A stretch of DNA of 64,000 nt from NCBI GenBank assembly GCA_030390025.1, contig CM059438.1:63118001-63182000 (forward strand), in the 5' to 3' direction. The position numbers and the translations under genes are program-made. How positions within the stretch are numbered: the first letter of the stretch is position 1; each line of letters begins with the position of its first letter. The DNA is from Squalus acanthias. Its lineage: Eukaryota. The notes beneath the pieces are model-generated. The model made no database searches. It was not told the DNA's origin and saw nothing but the letters and a program-made list of their open reading frames with translations. Below, one piece after another: positions 49,814 through 62,460 of this stretch.

Positions 49814-50144
49814 ATTAAATCCAGGTCCTGCCTGCACTCTCAGGTGGGCGTAAAACATCCCATGGCACTATTTCGAAGAAGAGTTAGGGGGAGTTATCCC
49901 CGGTGTCCTGGCCAATCAATCCCTCAATCAACATAACAAAAGCAGATTATCTGGTCATTATCACATTGCTGTTTGTGGGACCTTGCTGTGTGCAAATTGG
50001 CTGCCGCATTCCCCACATTACAACAGTGACTACACTCCAAAAGTACTTCATTGGCTGTATAGCGCTTTCAGACGTCCGGTGGTCGTGAAAGGCGCTATAG
50101 AAATGCAAGTCTGTCTGTCTTTCTTAATGTAACCGTGTTTATAA

Positions 50145-50400
50145 ACCAGCGCGGTTGGGAGATGGAGACCCAGTGTAGACTTGTGAGGAAGGGGATGATG
50201 GGCAAGCGGGACTTAGTGCTGACAGGATACGATTAGCAGAATTCTGGAGAAGTTGGAGTTCATGCAGGGGGAAGGATTGGAGACCAGTAAAGGGAATGTT
50301 GGAATAGTCAAGTCTGAAGGTGACAAAGGCATGTAGAAGGGTTTTCGCAGCAGAGGATTTGAGGCACGGATGCAGGTTGCCAATGTTGCGAAAGTTTGAA
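50145..50400 (-). mobile_element. L2-clade LINE remnant
   Basis: AKTLLHAFVTFRLDYSN...LQLLQNSANR in ORF 50139-50429. Confidence 0.75.
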
Positions 50401-51968
50401 GTTATAAAAACACTGGGATTGGTAAACAATTGTATTAATACAGAGGCACCAGATGAACCTTAGCTCTTTGTCAAGGAGCAGTCTGGGGTTTACTGACCAG
50501 TCTGTGTCGAAGGAAGTAGAGAGGAAAACTGTTAAATGATTTTGCCAAGTAATTTTATTCACTTAACCATTCTATTGTATCTGTTTTAACTGTTACATCA
50601 ACTTTGGCATGTTGCTAACAATGGAATGCAAACTGGATTGCAAATACAGTGCTGTAAAAATGGTCAGACAGTTGTTATGGATAACTGAAAGTGTATTTAT
50701 GTCATTTGCTTCATCACAATATATATTGCAGTGCAGCACAACAAACCTTGAACAAAAAGGCTGTGATGCACCAAACTTTTCAGCAATTCCACTCTGGGAA
50801 TTGTTTTTAGCCCATTCAGCATCACAATTCCATTCACTTTATCAGCAAGGAAAAGAGCAACCTTCATTCGAGGTGGCCTTCCCATTATCCACAGAGACAG
50901 AGGGGGGAATTTTAACCCCAAAAAACAGGTGGGTTGGGGTCGGGTGGAAGGTTAAAGAGTTAAAAATCTGAATCCCGACTCCAACCCGCCCACTTCCAGT
51001 TTTAACGGAGGCAGGATGGGGTGCGGGCAGCCAACCAGCTCCCAGGAGGCGGGTTGGCGTTTTAAATATTATAATGAGGCCTCATTTGGCAGCACCATTT
51101 TAAATTTAACTTTGGCTGGCCCGGTTTTCCAGGCCTCGGGGATCTCGCCAGCTAGAGGAAGGCGCGAGGACTGCTGGATCCAGGAGCTAAGTGCCTTTTC
51201 ACTTACCTGCTGGATCCAGTGTTCCTACCTCACCAACCCCTCCCCCCCCTGCGATCAGAGACCCCACCACCCCCACCCTTACGATCTGCGTTCACAGCTG
51301 AAAAATGACTGGAAAATAACTGACCCCCATGGGATGTCTGCTAGCAAGGAGTGAACACCTTCAGGAAAGGAGCACAAAAGATATTGTGGACGGGAGTAGA
51401 AGATTTGGAAAGTTGTAACTATCTTGAAAGCTGATGGTGTTGAGGCTGCCGCGAAACACGAATTAAGACTGAATCCATGTGTGGAAAACAAAGGCTTTTT
51501 AATACAACTGCATGGTCCAAAATGGCTGAAACCAACTGCTCCCAGAATTCTCTGGAAAAACCTTGAGGCCCCGCCCACTCCTTTTCTCCTGCCTTAAAGG
51601 CAAGGTGCCTTAAAGGCAAGGTGCCCGATATTTTGTCCACGGACGGAAAAGTGGATAATGCCCGTTTAGGTGGCGATCCGCCACAATGGGATACTTCAAT
51701 ACACAAACACTTAATCATTCAAATCAACACAGAGACCTGCAAAGACTATTGAATGCTAATGGTGCAAAGAACCCATAAAATCAAGGATATTTAGTCCAAG
51801 ATATTTACTATCTTAAGATATAGCTGAGGGGATGAGGAAGTATTTTGAACAGAAAGTGCCACCAAAAAAAATGATTTAAAAACTCTGATTTTCATTTTGC
51901 CGAAGTGAATTGGAAATATCCCCAAATGCTGATCTATGTGTCCTGTTTTCTTCTCTTGCCGTCTGCAG

Positions 51969-52184
51969 CAGAACCAGAACCAGACCTGAAGAGCTTTGTC
52001 CTGGAGGGTCAAGGAAGTATCAAGCTGGAGGGCTCCTGGCTGAAACTGTGTCAGTTCTACGGGCTGATAGTAAAACGTTACCACTGTGCCAAACGCAACA
52101 CCAAGAGTCTTTTCTCTCAGATCCTGCTCCCAGCGTTCTTTGTGTGTGTGGCAATGACGGTGGCACTCTCAGTGCCTGAAATAG
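51969..52184 (+). CDS. ABCA2: ABCA2 exon w16 (start of TMD2): ...[59 protein letters not shown]
   Basis: Tandem acceptor ctgcag|cag| (start at 51969 or 51972), donor g|gtattg. Confidence 0.94.
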
Positions 52185-52358
52185 GTATTGCAATTCCAAG
52201 TATATGGGTAATGATGCAATGTTATTGACAGGATCAAAAAAACGTAATAGACTCTTTTGAGTAGAGCTGAGATTTATTCTTCAGGAGAGCCATCTTAAAT
52301 GACTCCCATTATATTTTCACCTACGGAATATTTATCTAATTTATTTCCATCTTTCCAG

Positions 52359-52461
52359 GTGACTTGCCTCCACTGATTCTTTCCCCATCTCAGTACCACA
52401 ATTATACCCAACCTCGAGGAAACTTTATACCATACGCAGACGAAGAGAGAAATGAGTACAG
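52359..52461 (+). CDS. ABCA2: ABCA2 exon w17: (G)[33 protein letters not shown]
   Basis: Acceptor ctttccag, donor ag|gtatga; 103 nt, phase 1 to 2. Confidence 0.95.
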
Positions 52462-52780
52462 GTATGAGATTAGAGGGGACCTTTAATACCGCTCGTCGTA
52501 GCAAAAGTTATTACAAGATGTTACAGGAGCACATCGAGGTTCAGGAAATATAGAATGAGAAAAGATCATTCGGGTTCAAAAGCCTGCTTCTTCCACAGAC
52601 CATGCACAATTTGCTCGATCAAGAATTGTACTCAGCTTATCCAATCTTTTGAGGGGTGTGAGTAACCTCAGGTGAAATCTCCTGTAGTTTTTTTTCCCCA
52701 GATTCCAGGATATCAATCTAGCATTGCAGCCTGCTTTCTTCAACCCTGACCACTTACATTGCACAAAAATGACACTTCAT

Positions 52781-53250
52781 GTGTCAGCTGTGGCTCAGTG
52801 GGTAGCACACTCGCCTCTGAGTCAGAAGGTTGTGGGTTCAAGTCCCACTCCAGAGACTTCAGCACATAAAGCTAGGCTGACACTCCAGTGCAGTGCTGAG
52901 GGAGTGCTGCACTGTCAGAGGTGTTGTCCTTCGGATGAGACATTAAACTGAGGTCCCGTCTGCTCTCTCAGGTGGACATAAAAGATCCCATGGCACTGTT
53001 TCGAAGAAGAGCAGGGGAGTTATCCCCGGTGTCCTGGCCAATATTTATCCTTCAATCAACATAACCAAAAAACAGATTATCTGGTCATTATCACATTGCT
53101 GTTTGTGGGAGCTTGCTGTGAGCAAATTGGCTGCCGCATTTTCCACGTTACAACAGTGACTACACTTCAAAAAGTACTTCATTGGCTGTAAAGCGCTTTG
53201 AGGCGTCCAGTGGTCGTGAAAGGCGCTATATAAATGCAAGTCTTTCTTTT
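52781..53250 (+). mobile_element. Full-length DeuSINE (SacSINE1-like tRNA-derived SINE)
   Basis: Pol III A box tggctcagtgg and B box ggttcaagtcc, Deu-type core, L2-like tail aggcgctatataaatgcaag followed by (tctt)n. Confidence 0.88.
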
Positions 53251-53983
53251 TATTAGTCCCTGTAACTCAGGAGTCTTGTGTTCTGCTGATTTTTAAAGTC
53301 CTCCACTCACATGATGTACACGGTAGAGTATATAACCTGGTAAAATGTAGAAAATCAACTACTATAGTGCTTTTTATCTTCAAATCAAGTGGCGTAATTC
53401 ATGACAATGCCTCCGCCTTGCAAATGCACCAATCAGAATCAGGGCCAGTGGATGATGGAGACCATGTTTTTAACCTCAACACCCGCAATCATGCAGTCCA
53501 AGATAATTGTACCCTGACCCTGCCATGCTTCCAGCTAAAATCACCCTCTCCGACTCACCCCTCACCACCACTCCCGGCGCCCACTCATGGTGCTGCTCTT
53601 CCCGGGGACTGAACACTTCTGCACCCTGTGGATGAGAATTCCGGATCTCGCCACCGCTTTGTATGATCGGGAATTTCCACCCATGGCACGCAGCAAAGTT
53701 CGATCACCTGGAGCAGCAGCAACACCAGACAGGGGCCGAGACCATGGGGAGGGGTGGGGAATTAAACAGTAGTGAAAAGTCAATAGAGCAGATTTCACTT
53801 GACTACAGATGTCTTGGTTTACACCTCCTTGAATACAAATATAATAAAAGATTAAACACTTTGCTAACTCTACCAATGCGAACCTTAGCTTTAGTCTAAT
53901 ATCGGGAGCTTTCAGGTGTTTGCATGTACATTGATGGAACCAGAAGAACTGAAAAATTGGCGGAAAGCTGCCACATATATATG

Positions 53984-54471
53984 CTCGAGGAACAGCACCT
54001 CATCTTTCGTTTAGGCACTTTACAGCCTTCCGGACTCAATATCAAGTTCAACAATTTCAGAGCATAACCTCGGCCCCCACCACATATATATATATATATA
54101 TATACATTTTATCCACCCTTTTGGTTCGTGCCTTTTTCCTTTTTTTTCTCTCTCTCTCCCCCTACGGCAGCTGTCTCTCATTCTGCCAGCATTTCACACT
54201 CCACCTTTTGTTTCTTAACCTGTCCCATTACCATCTCGTCTTGCCTTGAGCATCTCTTAATGTCTCTACTTACCATAGACCACCCCTTTTGTTCTTTTAT
54301 TCCTCCCCCCAGCCTCCCCCTTGCATTTTTATCTGTTTAATTTCCTGCTCTTTTCTCAGTTCTGACGAAGGGTTTCGACCTGAAACGTTAACTCTGTTTC
54401 TCTCTCCACGGATGTTTTCCAGCGTTTTCTGTTGTTATTTCGGATTTCCAGCATCCGCAGTATTTTGCTAT
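53984..54471 (+). mobile_element. Penelope-like element 3' fragment: GIY-YIG endonuclease C-terminus plus pseudo-LTR, with 12-bp TSD
   Basis: LEEQHLIFRLGTLQPSGLNIKFNNFRA* (53984-54067); flanked by cacatatatatg at 53972-53983 and 54472-54483. Confidence 0.8.
54358..54393 (+). ncRNA. Minimal type I hammerhead ribozyme motif in the Penelope pseudo-LTR
   Basis: AGTT-CTGACGA-[AGGGTTTCGACCT]-GAAA-CG-TT-AACT, core intact. Confidence 0.7.
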
Positions 54472-54557
54472 CACATATATATGTTTGACTGGTCTTGCGG
54501 TTGTCAATTGACCCCTGTTCCCAGGGACACCCTAGGGAATATGTTCACATAATAAAA

Positions 54558-55018
54558 AGGAAAAGAAAGGACATGTATTTAATATAGCGCATTTCACGAC
54601 CTCAGGAAGTCCCAAAGCGCTTTACAGCCAATGAAGCATTGTTGAAGCATAGTCATTGTTGTAATGTAGGAAACGTGACAGCCAATTTGCGCACAGCAAG
54701 CTCCCACAAACAGCAATGTGTGATAATGACCAGATAATCTGTTTTTGTTATGTTGTTTGAGGAATAAATATTGGCCAGGACACCAGGGGTAACTCCCCTG
54801 CTGTTCTTCAAAATAGTGCCATGGGATCTTTTATGTCCACCTGAGAGAGTAGACGGTCCTCATACGAAAGACGGCACCTTCAACAGTGCAGCACTCCCTC
54901 AGTACTGCACTGGCGTGTCAGCCTAGATTTTTGTGCTCAAGTCCCTGGAGTGGGACTTGAACCCACGACCTTGTGACTCAGAGGCGAGAGTGCTACCCAC
55001 TGAGCCACTGGCTGACAC
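54558..55018 (-). mobile_element. Full-length DeuSINE, inverted relative to the 52781 copy
   Basis: Reverse complement of the 52781-53250 sequence along its whole length. Confidence 0.88.
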
Positions 55019-55375
55019 ATTAGGTCAAATCAGTCCAATTTCTGGTGGGCGTGAAGTCACAGCACAAAAGTTGCCCAATTCTAAAGAAGAATTATCAGGC
55101 TCATTGAGACAGGCTAACGTAGGAAATGAAAAATGTCAGATTAGTAATACATGACATTCTTCCAAGATTGGGATCAACGGATATTGTTGGGGCAGAGTAT
55201 GGGATGATTGATTCCCAACCTGATTAGTGCTTTTTCTGAATGGGCAGTGGTTAATGCTGAAATTGAGTGGGAAATAATGCAACAGTATTGCATTCCCAGC
55301 AACCGCATTTTGAACACAATTTAACAAACATTTGGTACAAATGTGTGTTTTTGTTTTGTTTTTATTCTAACACAG

Positions 55376-55704
55376 GATAAAGTTATCACCTGATGCCAGC
55401 CCCCAGCAGCTGGCAAACTCCTTCTATCTACCCTCGGGGATTGGTGCGACCTGTGTCCTGAAGACTCCTTACAACAGCACATTAGACCAGCTGGTACAGA
55501 CCCTCAATCTTTCGACCAGCGAGACCAAGATGCTGGCCTCCAAGTACTTTGACTCGATGTGTCTGGACTCGTTCACTCAAGGCCTCCCACTCTCGAATTT
55601 TGTGCCACTGCCCCCATCGCCTGCTCCGTCAGATTTCCCCGACACTGGAATCGATGAAGGAACGCACACGTGGAATTTGACAACATCACCCGTGACAATG
55701 AAAG
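55376..55704 (+). CDS. ABCA2: ABCA2 exon w18 (ECD2): (R)[29 protein letters not shown]...[21 protein letters not shown]...TMK
   Basis: Acceptor taacacag, donor g|gtgcgt; 329 nt, phase 2 to 1. Confidence 0.94.
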
Positions 55705-55770
55705 GTGCGTAATTAAGCAAGATACAAAAATGGAAGGGCCCTTCGAGTTAGCAAATGTTTTATGGCAATA

Positions 55771-56097
55771 CGGGTTGAGCGTCCCGAATCCGACAACCTC
55801 GGGACCGAGGCCGAGCCGGTTTTCGGGTTTTACCAGACTTCGGAATGTGTTTCTGATGTCCGAAGTCCGGAAACGCCCGAGCCCAGGTCGCGATATTTCC
55901 GAACTTCGGACACCAGAAACACGTGCCGAGCCCGGAAATGCCTGGGCCCAGGTTGCGCTATTTCCGGTTTTTGGTAAGCCTCCTTCAGGGTGTCCGGATT
56001 CCGGAACATTTTACGGATTCCAGACCCCTGCCACCAATCGTCCCGGATTCTGGAACATTCCGGATTCCGGAACTCCGGATTTGGGACGCTCAACCTG
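55771..56097. mobile_element. pogo/Tigger-like MITE
   Basis: ta|cgggttgagcgtcccgaatccg...cggatttgggacgctcaacctg|ta: 22-bp TIR with 2 mismatches and TA TSD; repeated tccgga/ttccgg subterminal motifs. Confidence 0.85.
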
Positions 56098-58750
56098 TAT
56101 AACCATTTCCACTGAGGTTTTAGGCCAGATTTTCCAAAATTATTTTATCGTCTTGTTTGGATATAAACTTAATGGGAACACGCAAAATGGATTGCAAAAA
56201 TAAATCATGAATGTGTTTTCCTTAAGATATTTTTAACCTGTACACCTTTGGCATCTCCCCACACTCCATACCACCTCTGACCAAATGGAGGGGCTGCAGA
56301 CCAAACAGAGACTTAGATGGCATGCTTTCAAGTCACAGCCTTTGGATTAAGGTTCGACATGAAATATATATGGGCGTGAGTCTACAACAGAAACTTTCCC
56401 ACAATTAGCCCAAGGATTGTCGTCTCACCAACGGTGCCTATAAGATTGGCTGATGTGGAAAAATTTACACTGGTCCGTTAGGGGCTGCTCTCCAGAGGCT
56501 GGGGTTTAAGTAGTGCTGGGAAGAATAACATACGAACATATGAAAGTGACGGCAGCTGGTCCATCAAGCCTGCCCCACACTCATGATGGCGGGAGCATCA
56601 TGACTGAACACTTCCTCCCTACAGCCATATTATCTCCTGGGATAGCAAGAGAAAAAACCCAGGGCCAATAAGGGAAGAAATAATCTAAAAGTACCTCTCT
56701 GATCCCTTTAGGTGATCTAAACCAGTTCAAGAGATCACATGGAAAGGCACTTTAGTTCCATTTGATCTATGCTGTCACTGGTCTGGGGCTGTTTGTTGTT
56801 TGGGACGACTTGGAATTGGCTGCCCAATGTCTGAACAAATACAGAAGTTACTGTAATTTCATTTCTCACAATAAAATCCCTCATTGTTCCAGCTTTTGTC
56901 TTTATCAGCAGGAAGCAAGGCGCATCTTTTGGTTTGGACTTAACTTCAAAAATTATTGGTGCAGCCTCGGGTAACGCTCCAGCATCTTCATTGTCACCAT
57001 TGACCAGTCACACAGTCGACTATTTCAGTCCACTTAGGCTGACCTACGTATCAAACATAACATGGGAGCAGTGTTCAAGCTGTTAGTCTCTGATGAAGCA
57101 ATTCCTCGGTTTTTGTTAAGCACCCAGGATGTTGCAGTAGCTGAGAACCCGCCCCCTTCTCCCCAGTATCTCTGTCTTTGAGATTCGCTCTCTCATGACT
57201 GTCGTTCATTTTTTATTGTATTCTAAGTCTATATGAGATCATTGGCGATTATACATGAGTCAGCATAAGCCTTGCTTTAATGGTCACAAAGCGAGTCATA
57301 TTTAAATAAGGTCAACTTACTGATGCCTTTGCTGTCACTTGTTCTGATCACGAGCATCTCCCTCACACATTGGGATACCAGCCCAGCACCAATCTTACCT
57401 GGAAGGATGGATCTGTTTCTTTGAGACACAGACCCTTCACAAGTTAAACGGTTATTAAACATATGGGTCTTTGATTATTCCCCAATCTGACAAAACCGAA
57501 ATGCTTCTTTTTTTTCTTTGATACCTTCTCTGCGAGCAAATTCTTTTTTTTTCTGGCTACGCCTCTGAGAAGCAGCTTGGGGCGTTTTTCTACATTGAAG
57601 ATGCGATATAAAGCAAGTTGTTGTTGAAACTAAACTCATGGAATATTTGTCAACCTTGTGATGCTCAGGAAAGGAATAATGCCTTAAATATTGCTTCCAG
57701 AGCTTTGGACAAAGGCTTAGATTGACTCCAGTCATGAATGCTTGGTTTTCAGATTTGCTGGAGGCGAAATTGTTCTTCAATGGAAAAAATCTGACGGGGT
57801 GTAAAATAGGCTGCCGATTCGCCATAGCCCATTCTGCACTCCCGTCCAAGACCAATTTCACCCCGACTGGTTTTCAATTCCACCTATCCCCTCATGTGCC
57901 AGGTCCATTGTATTCAAATTGCCAAAAAATCCAACGCAATTCTTTTCGGGCACTTTGGCAGATGGTTTTACGTTTGAGAAGGATAGATAAGTGAAGATCT
58001 ATCTTCAAAGTGATTACACTGTTGGCATCCAGAAAATCTTTTAGTCAAAAGTGAAATTCTGTTCTCTATTCGCAAAACTTTATTTGGAGCCTCAAACCTT
58101 TCTTCGTCAAAGTGCATCTAGTAGCCACTCCAACTTTCTGTCTTCTCACCGACGGGGCCTGGAAGGTCAGGCCTTTTGTCTACTCCGCCACGCCATTGTG
58201 CGATCTGAATCTGAGTTGGCATCATCTTAATGTACGCTTCTTTTGAAGCTGTGTCCGCTTGTGGCCTTCAAATCTTCACACTGAGCACAGCCACATGCCT
58301 TTCAGTTAGAGACGTTCAAGCCCTTGTTGTCGGTATTCTGACAAGCTGTTTCCTTTGACACTTTTTAAAAATTCCTCTTGCTGTACAGCCTGCCTTCCGC
58401 TATCAATAACGTGGCACTCTGATCAGGCTGTTCTTAAACCTCACCTGATATTTTGTTAAACCAAAGATGAGGGGAATAATCAAAAAAAATATGCAGTGAA
58501 CAGCCTTCACAGAAAATATCCTGAAAATATCATCAGAATCATCAGAGCAAATTATATCATTTTCTTTTTTTGAAACTTGTGTTTGTGCATCTAAAACCAA
58601 ATTCCTCATCCTGTTTCTCTCCCGCATGACCTGGTCAAGAAGACATTGTATTAATTTATTAAAATAACCACAGTTTACAATGTTACAGCAGGGTCTTTCT
58701 CTACAATGACAGATGAGCTTTAGGTCCATGTCATGCCTGTAATATATCAG

Positions 58751-59515
58751 GGGGGAAAAATTTGGTTGATTAGCGCCTCCCGTTAGCACCCTAAGAGGGC
58801 GCTAACAGGGCGCAAAGCAACTAGCGCCCGAGCGTGGCGATGTTTGCGCCGCTCGCGAAATTGACCAGACATTTTGCGGCGGCGTTGAACACTACCACCA
58901 CGATCTCCTGCGCCCGCAGATCGTGACATCAGTCGAGCAGGTAACGCCCCGGACTGGATAGTGAGTTGCGCCCCCTGCCTTAGCGCCTGCCGCTAGGAAC
59001 ATCGGGTAGAGGGGAATGTTTTCAAGTCGGGAAGGGGCTGGGGGAGCGCTATTTAAAGGCGGGCGCTTCCTGCCTTTTCTTGTCAGCAAAATTTTTGGTT
59101 TTAACGCTGTCCTAAGGAGTTTTGGCCCTCAGCACCACTTTTCAGGTTCCTAAGCGCCGAGCTCTTTCCCTGGGCCTATCCATTAGTGCTTCCATACAAT
59201 TGCTTTTGAGGTCACTCCAGGCCGAGATTCAAGACTGCAATGAGCAGGGTGTGGCTGGCCAGCAAGATGGCCCCTCCCCTTTTAAGAACTGGTAACTGAC
59301 ATCGCCTGAGCTTCGGTAGCGTTCTGAGGTAGCGCCTCGCTCCCTGATGTTTGCGCCTTAACAGAGGTGTGTAGCGCCTGATTTAGCGCTCAAATCACCT
59401 CCAGGGATGATAGAGGCGAATTTTGCAGTTGGAGGCGATAATTAGCGCCAGGCACTAAACTTTGTGCCAGACTGATATTAGCGCCCCAAAATGGGCGATA
59501 CCGAATTTCTCCCCC
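58751..59515. mobile_element. Harbinger-like non-autonomous element, family A-related copy 3
   Basis: cag|gggggaaaaattt...aatttctccccc|cag with exact CAG TSD; the first ~90 bp match copy 2, the interior is divergent. Confidence 0.8.
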
Positions 59516-59749
59516 CAGGACTGTACAAAACCTTTTCTGCAAAATAAATCTAATTTACAAACCCATCAGCTATCTTTGTAGGTTGAGTTTAAGATGACCA
59601 AGTCCATTCAGTCCACCTACACAATGGAGACATAATATGGTGTAGCAAATTCTTCTTGTGGGCAGATCAGGGCAAATTATCTCACATTCTTAATACAAGT
59701 ATCCACAAGATTAAAAGTAGAGCGAGAAAGAAAGAGAAAAAAAAAGGAA

Positions 59750-60115
59750 GAGAGTCACTTGTAATGCAAGAAACGCGGCAGCCAATTTGCGCACAGCAAG
59801 GTCCCACAAACAGCACTGTGATAATGAATGGATAATCTGTTTTTTTAGTGATGTTGGTGAGGGATAAATATTGGCCAGGACACCGGACAAGTCCCCTGCT
59901 TTTCTTTGAAATAGTGCCATGCGATTCTTTACGACCACCTGTGCGGTTAGACGCGGTCTCGGTTTAATGTATCATCCGAAAGACGGCACCTCTGGCAGTG
60001 CAGCACTCCCTCAGCACTGCACTGGAGCGCCAGCCTAGATTTTGTGCTAAAGTCTCTGGATTGGGGACCTGCCGACTCAGATGTAAGAGTGCTACCACTG
60101 AGCCACAGCTGATAC
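59750..60115 (-). mobile_element. DeuSINE, 3'-truncated
   Basis: Reverse-complement homology to the 52781 copy. Confidence 0.82.
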
Positions 60116-60859
60116 CTGAACTAAAGTGCTTCTAACATTTAATGAGGCCAAGTTGGATTTCCAAGTCTTGCTAAGATTTTTTTCTTGCTACAGATAACAG
60201 TGCAAGAAGCATACTTCGCCCGAATGCCACTGCCGTATATATAGAGTGTTGAACATCAAAGGATTGATGAAGTGGCTGTATTAAATTACCAGTCACCTCC
60301 ATCTAAATGGGCTCCATTGTAGGACTCATTAGCTGTGATGAAGGAACTCATGCAGCTTTCATTTGATTGCTGCTTCACCTGGCGCCTGTGACCGGGAGTT
60401 AAGTGAGGCCTTCGACAACGTTAAGTCTAAATGGGAAGCTTTGAATTTCAGTAGGTCTATTAAAAGCCAAGCTGCCTTCCAAATGGATGGATGTAATATA
60501 TTATTTAAGTTCTTTCCCATTGATGCCGTGTAGAGTTTAATAGCTTATCCAGCCAAAAAATTAAATATGCACAACTTTTGTGCATAAAATAAAGGTAATC
60601 AGGCTAGATGTCAGAATGTGATCCTTGAATAAGAAATCCCAGTATATTGTTACTATGGATATAATATTTAATTTTAAAATATTAATATTAAAGTTAAAAT
60701 GGAGTTGGAAGACCTGAAAATGTCTTAGTTCTCCATCTCTAGTACAAGTCTTAACCTATTAGATTCCAATCTATTTTAGCGCTGATTTCCAAAGGCACTT
60801 ATTTAGGCTTTTGTTTTCTTGGACTGTGGCCTGGGATTATACACAGTGTATTTTTCTGA

Positions 60860-61445
60860 TCATCCGTGCCATTGTTACCTCCAGACTTGACGATTCCTAT
60901 GTTCTCCCGGTCAGCCTCTCATCTTTCACCCTCCGTAAACTTGAACTAATCCAACCCGTAGCCTGTATCCCAACTCGCACCAAGTCCCGTTCACCCATCA
61001 CCCCTGTGCTCGCTGACCTACATTAGCTGTCGGTCCAGCAACGCATTGAATTTAAAATTCTCATCCTTGTGTTCAAATCCCTCCATGGCCTCGCCCCTCC
61101 CTACCTCTGTAACCTCCTCCAGCTCTACAACCCTCCGAGATCTCTGCGTTCCCCCAATTCTGGCCTCTTGCGCATCCCCGATTTCCTTCACCCCTCCATT
61201 GACGGCCGTGCCTTCAGCTGTCTGGGCCCCAAGCTCTGGAATTCCTTCCCCAAACCGCTCCGCCTCTCTACCTCTCTTCCCTCCTTATAAGATACTCCTT
61301 AAAACCTATCTCATTGACTAAACTTTTGGTCACCTATCTTAATATGTCCTTAGGTAGCTCGGTGTCAAATTTTGTCTGATAATGCTCGTGTGAAGCACCG
61401 TGAGACATTTTACTGCATTAAATAAATGCAAGTTGTTGTCGTTGA
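60860..61445 (+). mobile_element. L2-clade LINE 3' fragment
   Basis: SRLDDS...RSPITPVLADLH...FKSLHGLAPPYL...RAFSCLGPKLWNS. Confidence 0.87.
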
Positions 61446-61604
61446 TGCATATAGGAATTTAATTTGAATTCTCAGTTGCACCCATACTAACTGTGAGCCT
61501 GAGTTTTTATTTTAAAAAGGTGGAACATATTCTCTCCTAAACGTGATGCTCGGGTGCCTACAGTTGAAACAAGTGATAACTTTATTGAACTGTTTCTTTT
61601 TCAG

Positions 61605-61818
61605 AAACATTTACATCGTCTCCTTCAGTTCCACGCCCCATCCACGAGCCAGTTAGATGCAGCTGCTCGATGCAAGGAACGGGGTTCTCCTGCCCAAGTG
61701 GGGTCGGAGGTCACCCTCCACAGAAGAAAGTAGTGACGGGCGATATTCTGGTGGATATTACAGGCCGCAATGTTTCTGAGTACATTCTGCACACTTCCGA
61801 TCGCTTCAGGCTCCATAG
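61605..61818 (+). CDS. ABCA2: ABCA2 exon w19: (E)[39 protein letters not shown]...TSDRFRLH
   Basis: Acceptor ctttttcag, donor ag|gtttgt; 214 nt, phase 1 to 2. Confidence 0.95.
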
Positions 61819-61944
61819 GTTTGTAGCGTTGTGTTGTACATCTGAGTATTTATCCTTCTGCAACAATAGATTGTTGGTTTCCGTGTTGGGCTCAGTGACT
61901 GATGCTGTAAAATTGTTCAGCTTGTATCTTGGACAGGATTTTTT

Positions 61945-62460
61945 TTTTTTAATTCGTTCCTGGGATGTGGGCGTCGCTGGCAAGGCCAGCATTTATTGCC
62001 CATCTCTAATTTCCCTTGAGAAGGTGGTGGTGAGCCGCCTTCTTGAATCGCTGCAGTCCGTGTGGTGAAGGTACTCCCACAGCGCTGTTAGGGAGGGAGT
62101 TCCAGAATTTTGACCCAGCGACGATGAAGGATCGGCGATATACTTCCAAGTCAGGATGGTGTGTAACTTGGAGGTGGTGGTGTTCCCATGCGCCTGCTGT
62201 CCTTGCTCTTCTAGGTGGAAGAGGTCGCGGGTTTGGGAGGTGCTGCCGAAGAAGTCTTGGCGAGTTGCTGCAGTGCATCTTGTAGATGGTACACACTGCA
62301 GCCACGGTGTGCTGCTGGTGGAGGGAGTGAATGTTTAAGGTGGTGGATGGGGTGCCAATCAAGCGGGCTGCTTTGTCCTGTATGGTGTCGAGCTTCTTGA
62401 GTGTTGTTGGAGCTGCACTCATCCAGGCAAGTGGAGAGTATTCCATCACACTCCTGACTT
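61945..62460 (-). mobile_element. Non-LTR retrotransposon 3' fragment (ORF2 C-terminus, distinct CR1/L2-group family)
   Basis: MEYSPLAWMSA...LDTIQDKAARLIG...KFWNSLP; A-rich end on the minus strand. Confidence 0.75.

Larger units (their letters stand above)
1011..61818 (+). other. ABCA2: ABCA2 (ABC subfamily A member 2) gene body, partial: 19 internal coding exons, both ends outside the window
   Basis: Spliced translation is collinear with mammalian ABCA2 as I recall it ([10 protein letters not shown]...; [12 protein letters not shown]; Walker [11 protein letters not shown]; signature LSGGMKRKL; Walker [12 protein letters not shown]; ...TSDRFRLHR). All introns are GT-AG, and exon phases chain with no frameshift or stop (3416 nt). 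Confidence 0.97.

Noticed and set aside
52781..52860. tRNA gene
   Set aside because: A and B boxes are present, but this is the head of a multi-copy SINE with no complete cloverleaf.
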